A stretch of 50,212 nt of DNA, counting the filler, from Sphacelaria rigidula (taxonomy: Eukaryota): NCBI GenBank assembly GCA_964200075.2. It is 3 parts of 3 records of this genome, joined end to end, with 100 filler letters (N's around TTAATTAATTAA, not from the genome) between each part and the next. Parts side by side here need not be neighbours in the genome. Positions count along the whole stretch, not along the records: positions 16,774 to 33,443 come from CAXNAA020001280.1; positions 33,544 to 50,212 come from CAXNAA020001281.1; 1 more part is not named here. The stretch is one strand, 5' to 3'. The position numbers and the translations under genes are program-made. A model generated the notes under the pieces. It was not told the DNA's origin. It ran no database searches and was given only the letters and a program-made list of their open reading frames with translations. Below are positions 22,554-34,390 of the stretch, piece after piece (position 1 is the first letter of the stretch; every line of letters starts with the position of its first letter).

Positions 22554-25500
22554 AACCGCACTATAGCGACAACTAACCGCGTTGATCATGAAATTCCTCA
22601 TCTATGTCAAGAATTTGTGGACTAGTCGTATGTCAGATTATAAATGTTACCTATCCATCACAAAAGCTATTGTATGCCTATTTGGAGTGTCACTCACCTC
22701 ATTCCACACACAGTACATGGCGTGGCAAAACACCACCACGTGAAGAAGGAGCCCCCCAGCGCCAAAAGTAGTATGAGCCAAAGGAGGAACACAGGAAGCA
22801 ATGCCCAGGATATTGTAGTCCAAATGGCCTTCATCACAGGAGCATGAACAGCTCGAATCGCTGGTAACCATAGGTCTACCGGAGCCTCCCCACAGCAAGG
22901 TACGGCAGTTCAGGGTGCACATCAGCGCCGGCAAGCTCGCTTCTGTCCTTACAACGAATAGCACGGTACAGCAGTGTTTTTTGTTCCCCCGGTTCCTATA
23001 GATGCAGGCTTTCGGTGTCATGACCGTTTCAACTTGCATGATGCGGGGGAATCACAATATCGTGTGTTATTTCGGTTTCAGAAGTTCCGATGTACTACAT
23101 AGAGTCCTATCGCAATCGGTTCAAGTTGTCTCAAGCCGTCGATCGCGCTTGTGGCAGACGGAGAATAGCCTGCTTGGCATCCCTTACGCCACTGCGTAGA
23201 TTGCAACCTGTCCCAGCAACACGGTCGGGTAAACCAAGAGTTCATATAAGTGGGATTGCAGCCGCGCTGCACAGATGCTCACCACCACAAGCTCCAGACA
23301 CGAAGGATTGCGCAGGTAAACATCCAAGGTGTAATACCACAGGTAAACATTAGACGCGGAAACATGTGGGCGACATGGCAATACTAAAACATTAACTTGC
23401 AATACTGCACGAGTCAGGCGTCAACGCTTGGTGATAATTTATTTTGTGTTGATTCAATGCGTATAACACTATCCTCCTCCGGCGGTGGACCCGACGTAAT
23501 GAAAATCGACCACAACATCAACAGCCATTCGTTGTTGTGTATCGCTCTGGAGTCCGGTATACTTACGCCAAAGCGTCTCTGCTCATATTCTCCGGAGAGT
23601 GCACCGGTACACGAGTAATATGCAGAAATTCTGCGTGACGGAACGTGCATCACTGCAGCGTGAAGTTCGCACAGGAAAAATAGAAGAGGGTGATGCTGAA
23701 TATCCTCGTATGCGGGAGTTTCAGGTGCATCCCCCGCATGCGGGGATTTCGTTACATGCCCCGTGTCATTACAGTACCTCCAGGCGTTCATCCCACGAGC
23801 CTCGACACGGACACAGCAACCCCTGGAATACGCTCTCAGAGTCCCTAGCCATCGTCCAAGCCATCTCACGGTGCAAGTGGTTCCGCAGCAGACGATAACG
23901 TACTTCCACGTTGTCGTGCTGCACACAGTAACTGCCGATCGCCTGCATGCATCCGCAAATACTTTAAATTTCAAACCTCCAAGTGTCTTGAATCACGTGG
24001 AAATGGCAGCAGCAGCAGTATCTCGCCAGAACGCAACAACCATATTGCTGCGGTTACGGCTAATAGGAGAAGGACACAGCACAAGCCACGGAAGCACTCA
24101 ATGCGTGTGCCTACTTATGATAGCGGCAGCATTGCAGTCAGTGAGGACTACAAGACCCACGTGATCAGGTGGCCGCGGGTACATGCTACCCGCAGTAATT
24201 TCACGATATACGCAGGGTACAGGCAGCTTGACAACATGAGTGCAGTATTCATCATATTACAGATGCACACGTTGCTCATCTGATTCGCATCGTGCCTCAT
24301 TAACGTCATAAATCTGGCTATATCCTGGGACTGGTCTCCTTGACCTGATATCCGCTGTGTACACATTGCCCGCCACCTGTGTAACCCGGGGCGTTGGGCA
24401 AAAAGCGCGGGAAACATGTACCAGCAGCCACCTGTGTATGGTGGCTCTATGAGTCCGCTCTTTCTTCGTGGTAAAGACGATGTCCTCGACGCACAGACGG
24501 AGTGGCGATTTCCTAGCTGAATGGGAGCTGCGAGGAAGGAGACCGTTGCCCTTTCGGTCACACTTTTGTGAGAACTTCGTGAAACGATTACTTATATTTA
24601 GGTGACGTGAATTCTTGACACAATTATCACTCTTACGGTGATGGTTTCTTGAATCTGGACTTCAGAAAAAATGAAGGGAACGGTGAATTTTGTGAACTCT
24701 TCACAATCCTACCACGGTTTCGGTGACATTTTTTTCATACCCTGGATGTGAGACGACATTATCGATGCGTACAGTACCGTATACTTTGCCCATTGCAATA
24801 GACAGTAGGTTCTTCGATACTGCATGAAATACAGTTCCTGACAATGTAACGTTTTTGTCCAGGGTATTTTCGTGAACTCTTGACAAAATAATCACCGTTT
24901 CTGTCATAGGTTTGTGAATTTTTTCAATTAAATATCATCGTTTCGGCAATCATTTTGTGGCTCTTTGCAAGGGTATCACCGCTTCGGTGACTGCTGCTTT
25001 TGTGATTTGTTACAGAGTGGTCGCCGAAACGGTGATACCTTTGTGAATCTCCTTTGGGTTAAAAACAGTATCACGGGAACTTCGGCCTTTTTTTGTGATT
25101 TCTTCACACACCTATCGCCGTAGGCTGTTGTGAATCCAGAAGAGATTCACAGAAGATCATTCTGTTACCACTTCAGAGAAAACAGCCACCAAAGCGATGA
25201 TATTCTTGCGAGGAATTCCCGAAACTTTCGCCGAAACGATAATACTTCAGTCAAGAACTCACGAAACTGTCGACGAAACGGTGATTATTTTTGTCAAGAA
25301 TTCACAGAAGTGCACGCCATGGACAAAACGTTACATTGTTAAGAAGTGCATTGCGTACAGTATTGAAACAACTGTACAATGTTTGCTGTACGCAATAAAC
25401 TTTTGGACAATGCTGTCTCATGTCCAGGGTATGAAAAAATGTCACCGAAACCGTGATATGTCCGTGAAGAATTCACAACACGTTCACCGCTCCCTTCATA

Positions 25501-25830
25501 CTTGGGTTCACAAAAACGTTACCGAAGCAACACTGATGGTTTCCCGAATTCGTCACAAAAATGTCACCAAAAGGGCAATCGTCCTCTTCCTCGCAGCTCC
25601 TATGAAGCTAGGAAATCGCCACTCAGCCTGTGCGTCCAGGACACGGCCCTCGCAACAGAGAATCAGTGGACTCATAGAGCTTACCCACGCCTTTTGCCCA
25701 ACGCCCCCAGGGTACACAGGCAGTGGGCAATGTACACAGAGTAGGTCCCAGGTTGGTAGCACCAGTTCCAGGACCTAGCCAGGTATATGGTGCTAGTGAA
25801 GTACAACGCGAATCAGGTAAGCAATATGTG

Positions 25831-26952
25831 TGTATGGCGTGTGAGAACCGCGTGCTAGTTGGACAGCATCGGAATTCGAAGTCCCGAGACGAACGTGTCG
25901 GGACGACTGCACGGACCTGATAAATGCAGAGACCGTGCCCCGAGCAAACCTAGGCTGCGCATTTGTCGAGCCAGGGGTAGCGGAGCTAGGCGAGGTGGCT
26001 GGAGCAGCACGACGACGACGCAGTTTGTCTCGGAAGGGAGGAGGCGAAGATTTCGAAACCATAACATTCAGGCACCCGTGACTCGCGTGCGAATCACTCT
26101 CTCGCATGTTGACGGTGGTGGGAAAGAGTTGACACCAGTGTATTTCAGGGAGATGTCGACGCCTACCACGTCATGACCACATCGGCGAACTGATGCTCGG
26201 CACTTGAATGTACCAGATGCCGAGACGATCCATCTGCACGGTACTAGCAGGTACAAGACGCCGCTCGTTACTCGCCGGTAATGAAATGGGGTTTGCGTGC
26301 GGTCTACTTTGTTATTCAAGGCAGTTTCGAGGTAAACACACGGGTCAAGACCACGAACCTTGATTTTCTCTTCCGCGGAGATGACATCGCAGTGACTCAG
26401 TCTTGACCTGAGTGTTTACCTCGAAGCTGCCTTGCATGACAAAGTGGACCGCATGCAAACAACGTTCCAGTACCTGCAAGTACCGAGCAGATGGGTATCT
26501 GATACCTGGAAGTACGGAGCAGAACGGCCGTTTCGACATCTGGTACCTGTTGATACCGTGCAGATGGGTCGTCTCGGCATCTCATACCTTCAAGTGCCGA
26601 GCATCACTTCGTCGATGGGGTGATGGCGTGGTACGCGCCGACACCCCCTCCCTAAAAATCACCGGTGCCAACGCTTTCACACGCTATCCAAACGCGAGAG
26701 TGACCCCCACGCGAGTCACGGGTGCCTGAATTTTATGGCCTTGAGATCCCCGCTTTCCTCCTTCTCGAGGCACACTGCTTCGTTGTCATGCCGCTCTAGT
26801 TACCTCGCCTGGCTCGATAAATACGCGGCCTGGGTTCGCTCGGGGTGCGATCCCGGCATTCATGAGGTCCGTGCGGTCCTCCCAACAAGTCGGTGCTGGG
26901 GTGTTGAAGTAGACATGCTTTTCAAAAAGCACGCGGTCCCAACACGCATTAC
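25831..26952. mobile_element. 1.1 kb near-palindromic element with Ginger-like termini, nested in the foldback
   Basis: TGTG|TGTATGGCGTGTGAGAACCGCGTG ... CACGCGGTCCCAACACGCATTAC|TGTG. The halves 25831-26350 and 26395-26952 are diverged reverse complements. Confidence 0.75.
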
Positions 26953-27488
26953 TGTGTACATCTGTAATCTGATGAATGCTGTACTCACGTTGTCAAGCTA
27001 CCTATAACCGGCGTACGTCGCGAAAATAATGCGGGTAACATGTACCAGCAGGCACCTGATTGTGTAGGTGTTGTGCTCCTCACTGTCCTCAACGCTGCCG
27101 CTATCATTTGCCGGGACACGAATGGAGTGCTTCCGTCGCCTCACCCTACCCTTACCCCGTAGACCGTGACCGTAACAATATAGTTGCATTCGTGCGAGAT
27201 ACTGCTGCTGCTGTCATCTTCACGTGATCAAAATCAAGACTTGAAGGTTTGAAAGTAGACGTATCCGCGGAAACATGCAGGTACATGATCCGCGGGTACT
27301 GTGTACAGCGGCACGACGTGGTGACAACCGGAGTACGTTTATCGTCCGATACGGAGTCGCCCACACCACGCAATGGCTTGGACGATGGCTAGGGACTGTC
27401 AGAGTGTATTTCAAGTGTTGCTGTGTCCATGTCGAGGCTCATAAGACGAACGCCAGGAGATACCATAATAACACGGAGGATATAACGG

Positions 27489-27675
27489 TGTAATGCGTGA
27501 GAGGACCGCATGCTTACAGGACGGCATCGGAGTTTAAACATCCCTATGCATAGGGTTAGGGTCAGCGGCGCGGTCCCTGCAGGGACTGGCCCGATTGGTT
27601 TGAAAAAAAATCGATCCTGAGGTATTTTGAACTACGATGTGGTCCCCTAAGCACGCGGTGCTCTCACGCATTACA
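27489..27675. mobile_element. Complete 187-bp Ginger-like MITE (TGT...ACA, 4-bp TSD ACGG)
   Basis: ACGG|TGTAATGCGTGAGAGGACCGCATGCTTA ... TAAGCACGCGGTGCTCTCACGCATTACA|ACGG, with internal TAGGGTTAGGG. Confidence 0.85.
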
Positions 27676-27704
27676 ACGGAATCCCCAGTATACGGAGGGA
27701 GTGT

Positions 27705-27911
27705 TGAAATGCGTGGGAGGACCGTATGACTTTTGGACCGCTTCGGAATTCAAACACCGCAGGATCGACGTTTTTCAAGAGCGCTAGGGTCAGTCCCTGC
27801 AGGGACTCCGCCCCTGACCCTAATCAACCGTGACACTATCCCTGGCCCTAATCCTAACCCTAGGGATGATCAAACTCCGATGCGGTCTGAAAACCACGCC
27901 TACGTTTTACA
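27705..27911. mobile_element. Degenerate Ginger-like MITE copy with CCCTAA repeats
   Basis: GTGT|TGAAATGCGTGGGAGGACCG ... TTTTACA|ATGT, with internal CCCTAATCCTAACCCTAGGG. Confidence 0.65.
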
Positions 27912-28909
27912 ATGTAGCTGAATCCCGTACACACGGGATGCGACTAAATCCCCCACACGGGGGGATTTAGCATTACCGAGTACAAGACAACTCGGTCAAG
28001 GGCGGGTTTTATGCAAGCACACACTGTACCGTGACTTCGTAAGCACGCGTTGTATCGAAGGATACATATCTTAGGCAATCTCCGCATCCACGGTTCAGCC
28101 TGTCATCTACTCCGCTTACCTCACGCGTGCCATTCCGATGCACGTATCCCAGGTATATACACCCTGGAAAACCCGGTAGCTGAGCAGTATTGCCGACCTA
28201 TATACACTCGTGAATCAGATGCTCACACGCAAAACCTACGCACGTGCGGCTGTGTATTAATCTGGATCACGTTGTGCGCAGAGTGAAGGTCCGCTTTCGT
28301 CAACTTCCGCGCTTTTGGGGGATATTCCCCTTCCCTCTCCATAGATATTCTCATCAATCAAGCACACGACGGGTGCAACGGCTGTGAGTTAAGGTTGCGT
28401 GTAGCGCGTAGGATTTGGGCGGCTGAACCATAATATAAACCCTGTACACCAACAGGCACCAGTTTAGCCGCTGTTTTTTGGCCGCTGCTTTTTTGCCGCT
28501 GCTTTTTGCGGATATCGAATACTCGTACGAGTATTTCTTAGGTCATGCACCCCTCTCGAGTCAGCACGAGCACCACAGCATCACTTCTCTGTACGATGAA
28601 AAATAGATGAGTGGAGCAGCAACTCGTCATGGCACATCCTCCATGTACTTAGTTCCAGTTCGCGACCTCACCTTCTTATTCTGATCAGCTGCTACTATAG
28701 TACTGTTGCATCGTACATCGCATATCGGTGTATTGGCAGCAGATTGCAAATAAATAGTGTTCCACTGTGTATCATCAATAGCCATATCCAACGTTGGGAA
28801 ACCCGGTGTCGTCGAGTACCCGATTATGGATATATATATACACAGAATGTCTTGAGACTACGAGCTGGGCCAGCCGAGAAGCGATTCTGTAGTTTGCAAG
28901 CCTATTATA

Positions 28910-29169
28910 CGGCCAATATTTAGAGTTGGACCCTGAAATTTGGTATGGAGAATGAATAAGGCATAAAATAAAACAAAATAATACCAGTGTACACAAGGGT
29001 TTTTTTCTTTTTTTCCCATGAGTTAGGGGCATTTTACGGATATCTGAAAACTGATCATTGCCCTTTTAAACTCATGAAAAAGAGAAAACTTGTGTGCACT
29101 AGTAATTTTTTACTATGGTATATTCATTGTCCATACCAAATGTCAGGGTCCAACTCTAAATATTGGCCG
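28910..29169. mobile_element. 260-bp Stowaway-like MITE (TA TSD)
   Basis: TA|CGGCCAATATTTAGAGTTGGACCCTGA ... TCAGGGTCCAACTCTAAATATTGGCCG|TA. The 27-bp TIR is perfect and extends imperfectly to about 100 bp. Confidence 0.85.
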
Positions 29170-29656
29170 TAAAATGGGCCATTTAAAATTTTAGTGATGG
29201 GGTCAGAAGAAATTCGGAACATCATGTTGAAGGCCACTTACCGGCCCACGTTCGGTGTTTGTGTCTTGAAACTTTGTGTGGGCCGTGGCTAGGGTATAAT
29301 TGACGAAACAAAGTTGGTCAGATTGCTGTTTTCTTTTTTTTTCACTGGTTTGAGGTGTTTTAGTACGGAAACCGCCATTGTTTTAAGAGAACGCTCGAAC
29401 CTCTCCCCCCCCCCCCAAAAAAAAAACTGAGGGGCCCATTTCTTTTCTTCAGCATACCTCTGTGGTTCTTTATCCTGAGTTTCAAATTATAATTCTAAAA
29501 ATCGAGCTAAAAAGTTAAGATAAGGCCCAACAGCAGTGTTCATTTATCCTCAAAACTGCCCCAAAAACCCGAAAAAGAAAAACAAAAAAATGGGAAAAGC
29601 TGTGTCTAAGTTTCATTACGCACTAGCGGCTCTCCATACGAAAATTCATAGCATAA

Positions 29657-30124
29657 GGCCGGATGTTTTAGCTACACAGATTTTTGGCCCACGGATTGTT
29701 CACTTCAACGGCGTTTGACCCCCTTTTTGACCCCCAAACCGGGAAACTTGCCAACACACGTCCTGGACACTTTGCATCACCCCACAGAGAGGAGCCCAGT
29801 CTGCTTTTCAGATTCCCTTGGCTCCGAGGCTCGAGATTGACCGCTGAACAATAATTCGTGTGAAATAATATGTGCGTCAGTTTGCCCAATAATCTGTGGA
29901 GATCGCCGAAGATTTTGTTGCACACAGATTTTGGTCAGCGGCCGCTCTCGAAACCTTGGAGCCAAGCGAATCTGAAAAGTGGGCTAGGCTCCTCTCTGTG
30001 GGGTGATGCAAAGTGTCCAAGACGTGTGTTGACAATTTTCCCGGTTTGGGGGTCAAAAAGTGGCTCAAACGCCGTCAGGGTGAACGATCCGTGGGCCAAA
30101 AATTGTGTGCCATAACATCCGACC
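29657..30124. mobile_element. 468-bp PIF/Harbinger (Tourist-like) MITE, TAA TSD
   Basis: TAA|GGCCGGATGTTTTAGCTACAC ... GTGCCATAACATCCGACC|TAA, with inverted arms of about 180 bp. Confidence 0.85.
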
Positions 30125-30863
30125 TAACTCTCAAAAACTGAGACGCGATATCCAGGTTTAGCTAATAATAATCTATTGTAGCGCATCTGCTCGTAATATA
30201 CTGATTTTAGAATGGAAACTTATGTGCGCCATATCTTGAGATAGATTGCGAATTAGGTGAAGGTGAGAGTATCTATCGTCTCCCCGTGCTCCAGGGAATA
30301 GTCCACACCAAAATTCGTCGTCATTCGCTGAATGCATCGATCGGGGGTTTCATGGAGATTTTAGTATGGACGCTATCTCCCTTACTTAGGTATAGGAATT
30401 ACTAGACATCGGGTTTAATCAACGAGAGAATATGGGCCCAAAATTTTGAGCAGATGGGCACCTTCCCCTTGGTTAGACGATTAGTACAATATGCGGATCA
30501 TGGCCCGACTCGTCCGTGTCGACGAGATATTGCTTTGAGAGCTTAAATCCGTGCCTAGGCTGGCCGAGCTCGTAAATATTTAATTTTTATTTTTCCACCC
30601 TTTCGTGGCGTAGCAAATGACCCTGAGTGATGCATGGCTTGGGTTTAATTCAATGCACTGAATTTAGGTCAGACTTACGGCTACGCCACCGGCTGGTGGT
30701 CTCAGTCATTGAAATTCTAAGAGGCGCTGGCCGAAGGTGAGATGGGGGATTTTGAACATGTTTGTCGCTATAGCCTGCTTTTAGGGTGAAAAATTGCCGC
30801 CCCAAACCCTCTCAATCATCTCTGAAACGATGACACCAATCAAGGCGTCTGAGTTCAACCGAG

Positions 30864-33278
30864 CTATTCCCGATGTTCGCATGGCTCATAGGTCGGCCCG
30901 CCACCTCCAGCCTTGTGATACCCACAGTCGGCTACAAGCCCTTTCATCCTCTCTCGTAAAGTGAGAACTGCAGTGCCTCCTTGATGCGATAGATATTCCA
31001 TGGGCAGGGCACCCGAAGTCCAACTGTCACTGTCTGTACAGGACAGCACAACAGTTCATCACAGGACAGTACAGTAGCCAGCATTTGTAGCTTCGGGCAT
31101 ACACCCGTCGAAGAGGGTTGCTCCGCATCCCCCCCTGCTCCCCCCTTTCATGAGTTCAAAACTTCAGACCTCAGGGATAGGATGAACCCCCGCAAAATCC
31201 CACAACAATAAAAAGTAGCCTTCTTAGGCCGGATGTTATGGCAACAGATCTTTGGCCCACAGAATTTGGAATCCTGGTGAAAAAAATCCGCGGCAAATTT
31301 GGTTTCGGGAACGATGTTATGGCAGCACACAGATTTTCATACCATACTGTTCTGATTTGTACACCTCCACCAGGGTTTCGAGTTTCATGTTTAGCGTGTT
31401 TCAACAGCCCACAGTCCCGTAGGGGTGTCGTGTGCGGTGGTGTGCTGCATTGCATCAGGGTCACCGCCGCAGAGAGGTCATCATCACCCGACTAACACCA
31501 GCGCCAGTTATATCGAGCACATAAGTAAGCGACCATGCCCCCCTCATTGCTACTGAAGATGAATCCGTCGGCGGAATGGGTAATACAGAGGATGAATAAC
31601 ACGCAATGGAGGCCTCAACCGAACATGGCAGAAGCATGCCTGTTCCAGGTAGTGCCGGGCTACCATGCGGCCATGACTGTTAAGGATAGCGGCGTAACGT
31701 ATAGCGAGGCCGGCAAGATAGCGGCCGTGGTGAAGAACTACGAGTCATCTGCGGCTGGGGCTTTCTTCCAGTGGCTTGATGACGATGCGAACTTCGCAAA
31801 CCCTCCATCTTGGTTGAACCTGGACATCATGGGTCGCAACGCTCTTGGAGAGAAGAGCCTCTTGGCCGCCAAGGAAACAGGTGTGGGGAAGCGTTTGCGG
31901 CAAGGGTATGTTGTTGCTGCAGCTGCCGTTACGCGGAGGATATGGGTAGTCACTGCAGAGTAGTCGGGCGTCGTTGCAGTTGGGTCCAGAAATAATTCGT
32001 TCGACCGTGGGCTGATCGCTCCATGGGGCAGTCAGATGGAAAACGCACAATGCACCGGTGTAAGAGGGGATGTGCTTGCTGGCATGCACGACTTTGCTGC
32101 TGTTGTACAGTGGTCGAACTTCACACAAAATATCCACTCGGTCTGGGTTTATTCACAGGCGATTCGTCTTCTCCCATCGAAAGTCTGACAGTCGGTAGGC
32201 GTGGGAAAAATAAACTAGTCTCGCGCAACATAGATTTCGCAATCTTGACGTGGTAACGATACGAGGTGAAACCTCGTTTATCGAGAGGGTGTTATTGTCA
32301 GTATGTGACATGAAAGCACGTGTTGTCGGCTGTAGCGCAATGAATACCGAGAAAGTAGAACACCTGAAGGCATATCATTTGTACTTGTAGCGATCCCGAT
32401 CGGTTCGGTCGGGCGGACACAACATAGAAAGAGAACCGGAGACCGCACACTCGTATGGGCTCCCGAAGATGGGGGAGGTCGCATCTCGATTTCCAACGTC
32501 GAAAATCAAACAGAAACAGTGATCAGTCATGGTATCCGGAAAACCTGAACCATACCTGCCGATCCAGCATTTTTTTTGTAACTTTGACTAGTGTACTGCT
32601 TTCGACACCGGTCAAAGGTACGGTTCAGAAAAACGTTCGGGACCGAAAACCACATTTTCCACTGCTGTACTGGCGCCTACGTCGTCTAGTCTCGTGGACT
32701 GCCGGACAGCGGAACCGGCTCACTTAACTCGCACAACCACTCGTGTTTATCCACCCTTCTTGATGTACTACTGCTGGGACAGCCACTCCGGCCTCCAATA
32801 TCAAAAAGGGTTCGGGAAGCTGTAGCTTCGTCCGCATTCGTGCTGTCCACTTTCAGACAAAGCACTGCTGTTGACCCCTGCCCGTCACCGATCAGTTGCA
32901 GACCGACTTCTTATGACTCACACTCCGGGAGACAGTAGGGAAGGTTGAGGTCAGGCTGTTGACCCGCTCCCGTGGAGGTCGAGGCCCACGGCGCCTGCGG
33001 CGAATTCACCCCGACAGCGCGAGCGCAGGGTTCCTCACCATCCCAACACACAAGTCGCCGCCACACCGTCTCGAGCGTTATCCGTGTATATTTCGCCTAT
33101 TTTCCGAAATTCCACACTTGAGAGTTGCGTACTGGAGCGCCCTTTGGCGCTGTTCTCGTGCTCGCTTAGCTTCCGCGGATATAGAGAGGGCGAAAAATAA
33201 AACATGTAGTCCTGTCGTAACGCACGGCATGACACCCACTCCGTATCGATGTTGAGCATTCTTCTTCTTCTTCTTCTT

Positions 33279-33309
<31 letters not shown>

Positions 33310-33872
33310 TGATCATTATTATTATGATCATTATTATTATTACTATTATATCCATCACATTAGCTCCATATCTCGACCCCGTGGTCAGAGAGTGCAAGGA
33401 GCATACCACCAACATACCCATAACCCAAACAGCCCGCAGAAGANNNNNNNNNNNNNNNNNNNNNNNNNNNNNNNNNNNNNNNNNNNNTTAATTAATTAAN
33501 NNNNNNNNNNNNNNNNNNNNNNNNNNNNNNNNNNNNNNNNNNNAGTCAAAATGATGCCGATTCACAAAGATTCACAAAACAAGAATCAGCACTTGCGTTC
33601 TCAAAGGGTTAAACGCTGAACCTCAAAAACGAATCTAGGCTATTCCAAGCGCTTGTGCATTTTCAGTCTTTCTTGTACCTCGACAGTCCGTGGCACTGAA
33701 ATGCGACGGTGGCGAAAAGCTCGAGGGGAAAAAGCAGCTCCCGGCCTTTTATGGCGTGCAGCTCCCAGAACTCTTCCGTCAGTGCTCGCGTAGGTGGCAA
33801 CGCTGAGGTCAAGAGATCTCGCAATGCTGTCCTGTCTATGCCAAACTCGTAGCCGTCGTCCTGTGTGGACAT
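30864..33872 (-). CDS. Possible spliced hypothetical gene, divergent from the IQ-motif gene
   Basis: Candidate exons 33872-33679 (MSTQDDGYEFGIDRTALRDLL..., AG|GT), 32877-32724 (CAG acceptor, GTGAG donor, open frame) and 31033-30864 (CAG acceptor, phase-compatible with the previous exon, TAG). The link between the first two crosses an assembly gap and needs an extra exon. No recognisable domain. Confidence 0.3.
31227..31350 (+). mobile_element. Left end of a PIF/Harbinger-like element related to the 29657-30124 MITE
   Basis: TTA|GGCCGGATGTTATGGCAACAGATCTTTGGCCCAC matches the MITE TIR. A subterminal repeat GATGTTATGGCA occurs near 31313. No matching right TIR seen. Confidence 0.65.
31535..31963 (+). 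CDS. 142-aa ORF of unknown function just inside the Harbinger-like end (possibly truncated element ORF)
   Basis: ACCATG start and globular, protein-like composition, 308 bp downstream of the TIR. No recognised domain. Confidence 0.4.
   Translation: MPPSLLLKMNPSAEWVIQRMNNTQWRPQPNMAEACLFQVVPGYHAAMTVKDSGVTYSEAGKIAAVVKNYESSAAGAFFQWLDDDANFANPPSWLNLDIMGRNALGEKSLLAAKETGVGKRLRQGYVVAAAAVTRRIWVVTAE
33259..33349. repeat. Compound microsatellite (TTC)n followed by imperfect (ATT/ATC)n
   Basis: Directly visible: about 16 TTC units, then ATT/ATC triplets. Confidence 0.95.
33444..33543. other. Assembly gap (100 bp) with artificial TTAATTAATTAA linker
   Basis: N run with the linker at 33488-33499. Confidence 0.95.
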
Positions 33873-34390
33873 TTGATCAGCGCACATAATGATAATGATG
33901 AGAGCGTACAAACAGCAGTTGGCTACAGACAGAGGGGAGGAGGAAGAGGGTTCGCCCAGGGAAGGGAACAAGAGAAACAGAGAGAAAGCAAAGCCTACAA
34001 GTTGAGCCAAGTAGTGGGAGGCGTCTCTACTTCTCGCTCAAAGGTATGTACATACACTGTGGGCGAGCCAAAATCCCTCGGAAGGGACAGCTCGCATCGC
34101 ACAAAGACGGATCTCTCGGCGTTTGTCGCAAACGAACTCGGGGCCCTCTTACCCGAAACTTGGCATGCAATAACTTGACATGTTGCAAATCCCACGCGGT
34201 GACATTTCGAGGAGCAGCCTCAAACGCAGAATCTATGGTTGCCTGCTTCCTCGACCAGGCTGATCCCATGTTGGTCGCTTACAACCGAATGATTATGGGT
34301 TTACATTCCTGAACTGTGCTGTACTGCATTGCATTGTCTGTGCATGTACGGTACTCAGCATGTGAGACGCAAGACACAAGACACACAGAC

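Larger units (their letters stand above)
23700..27940. mobile_element. Large foldback element with long diverged inverted arms and internal ~40-bp subrepeats
   Basis: About 23700-24270 is the reverse complement of 26953-27940 once inserted MITEs are removed; about 24275-24900 is the reverse complement of 25270-25830. Degenerate units like CGAAACGGTGATTATTTTTGTCAAGAATTCAC fill about 24550-25570. Outer ends are not sharply defined. Confidence 0.75.
28861..30572. mobile_element. Non-autonomous TA-flanked TIR element (Tc1/mariner-like) hosting nested MITEs
   Basis: TA|CGAGCTGGGCCAGCC ... GGCTGGCCGAGCTCG|TA (14/15 TIR match). AT-rich non-coding interior. Confidence 0.7.

Noticed and set aside
24550..25570. 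CRISPR-like array
   Set aside because: The repeats are degenerate and contiguous with no unique spacers, there are no cas genes, and the context is eukaryotic.
23414..25778. ORFs of 130-190 aa in the foldback region
   Set aside because: No domain similarity, and frames are not preserved between the paired arms.
23700..27940. Parvovirus/AAV-like T-shaped terminal repeat
   Set aside because: The topology is similar, but the scale is kilobases, there is no Rep or capsid ORF, and C-C' has its own TIR and TSD, so it is explained by nested insertion.
33035..33491. Poly-Leu/Ile and poly-Arg ORFs
   Set aside because: They are translations of the TTC/ATT microsatellite running into a gap.
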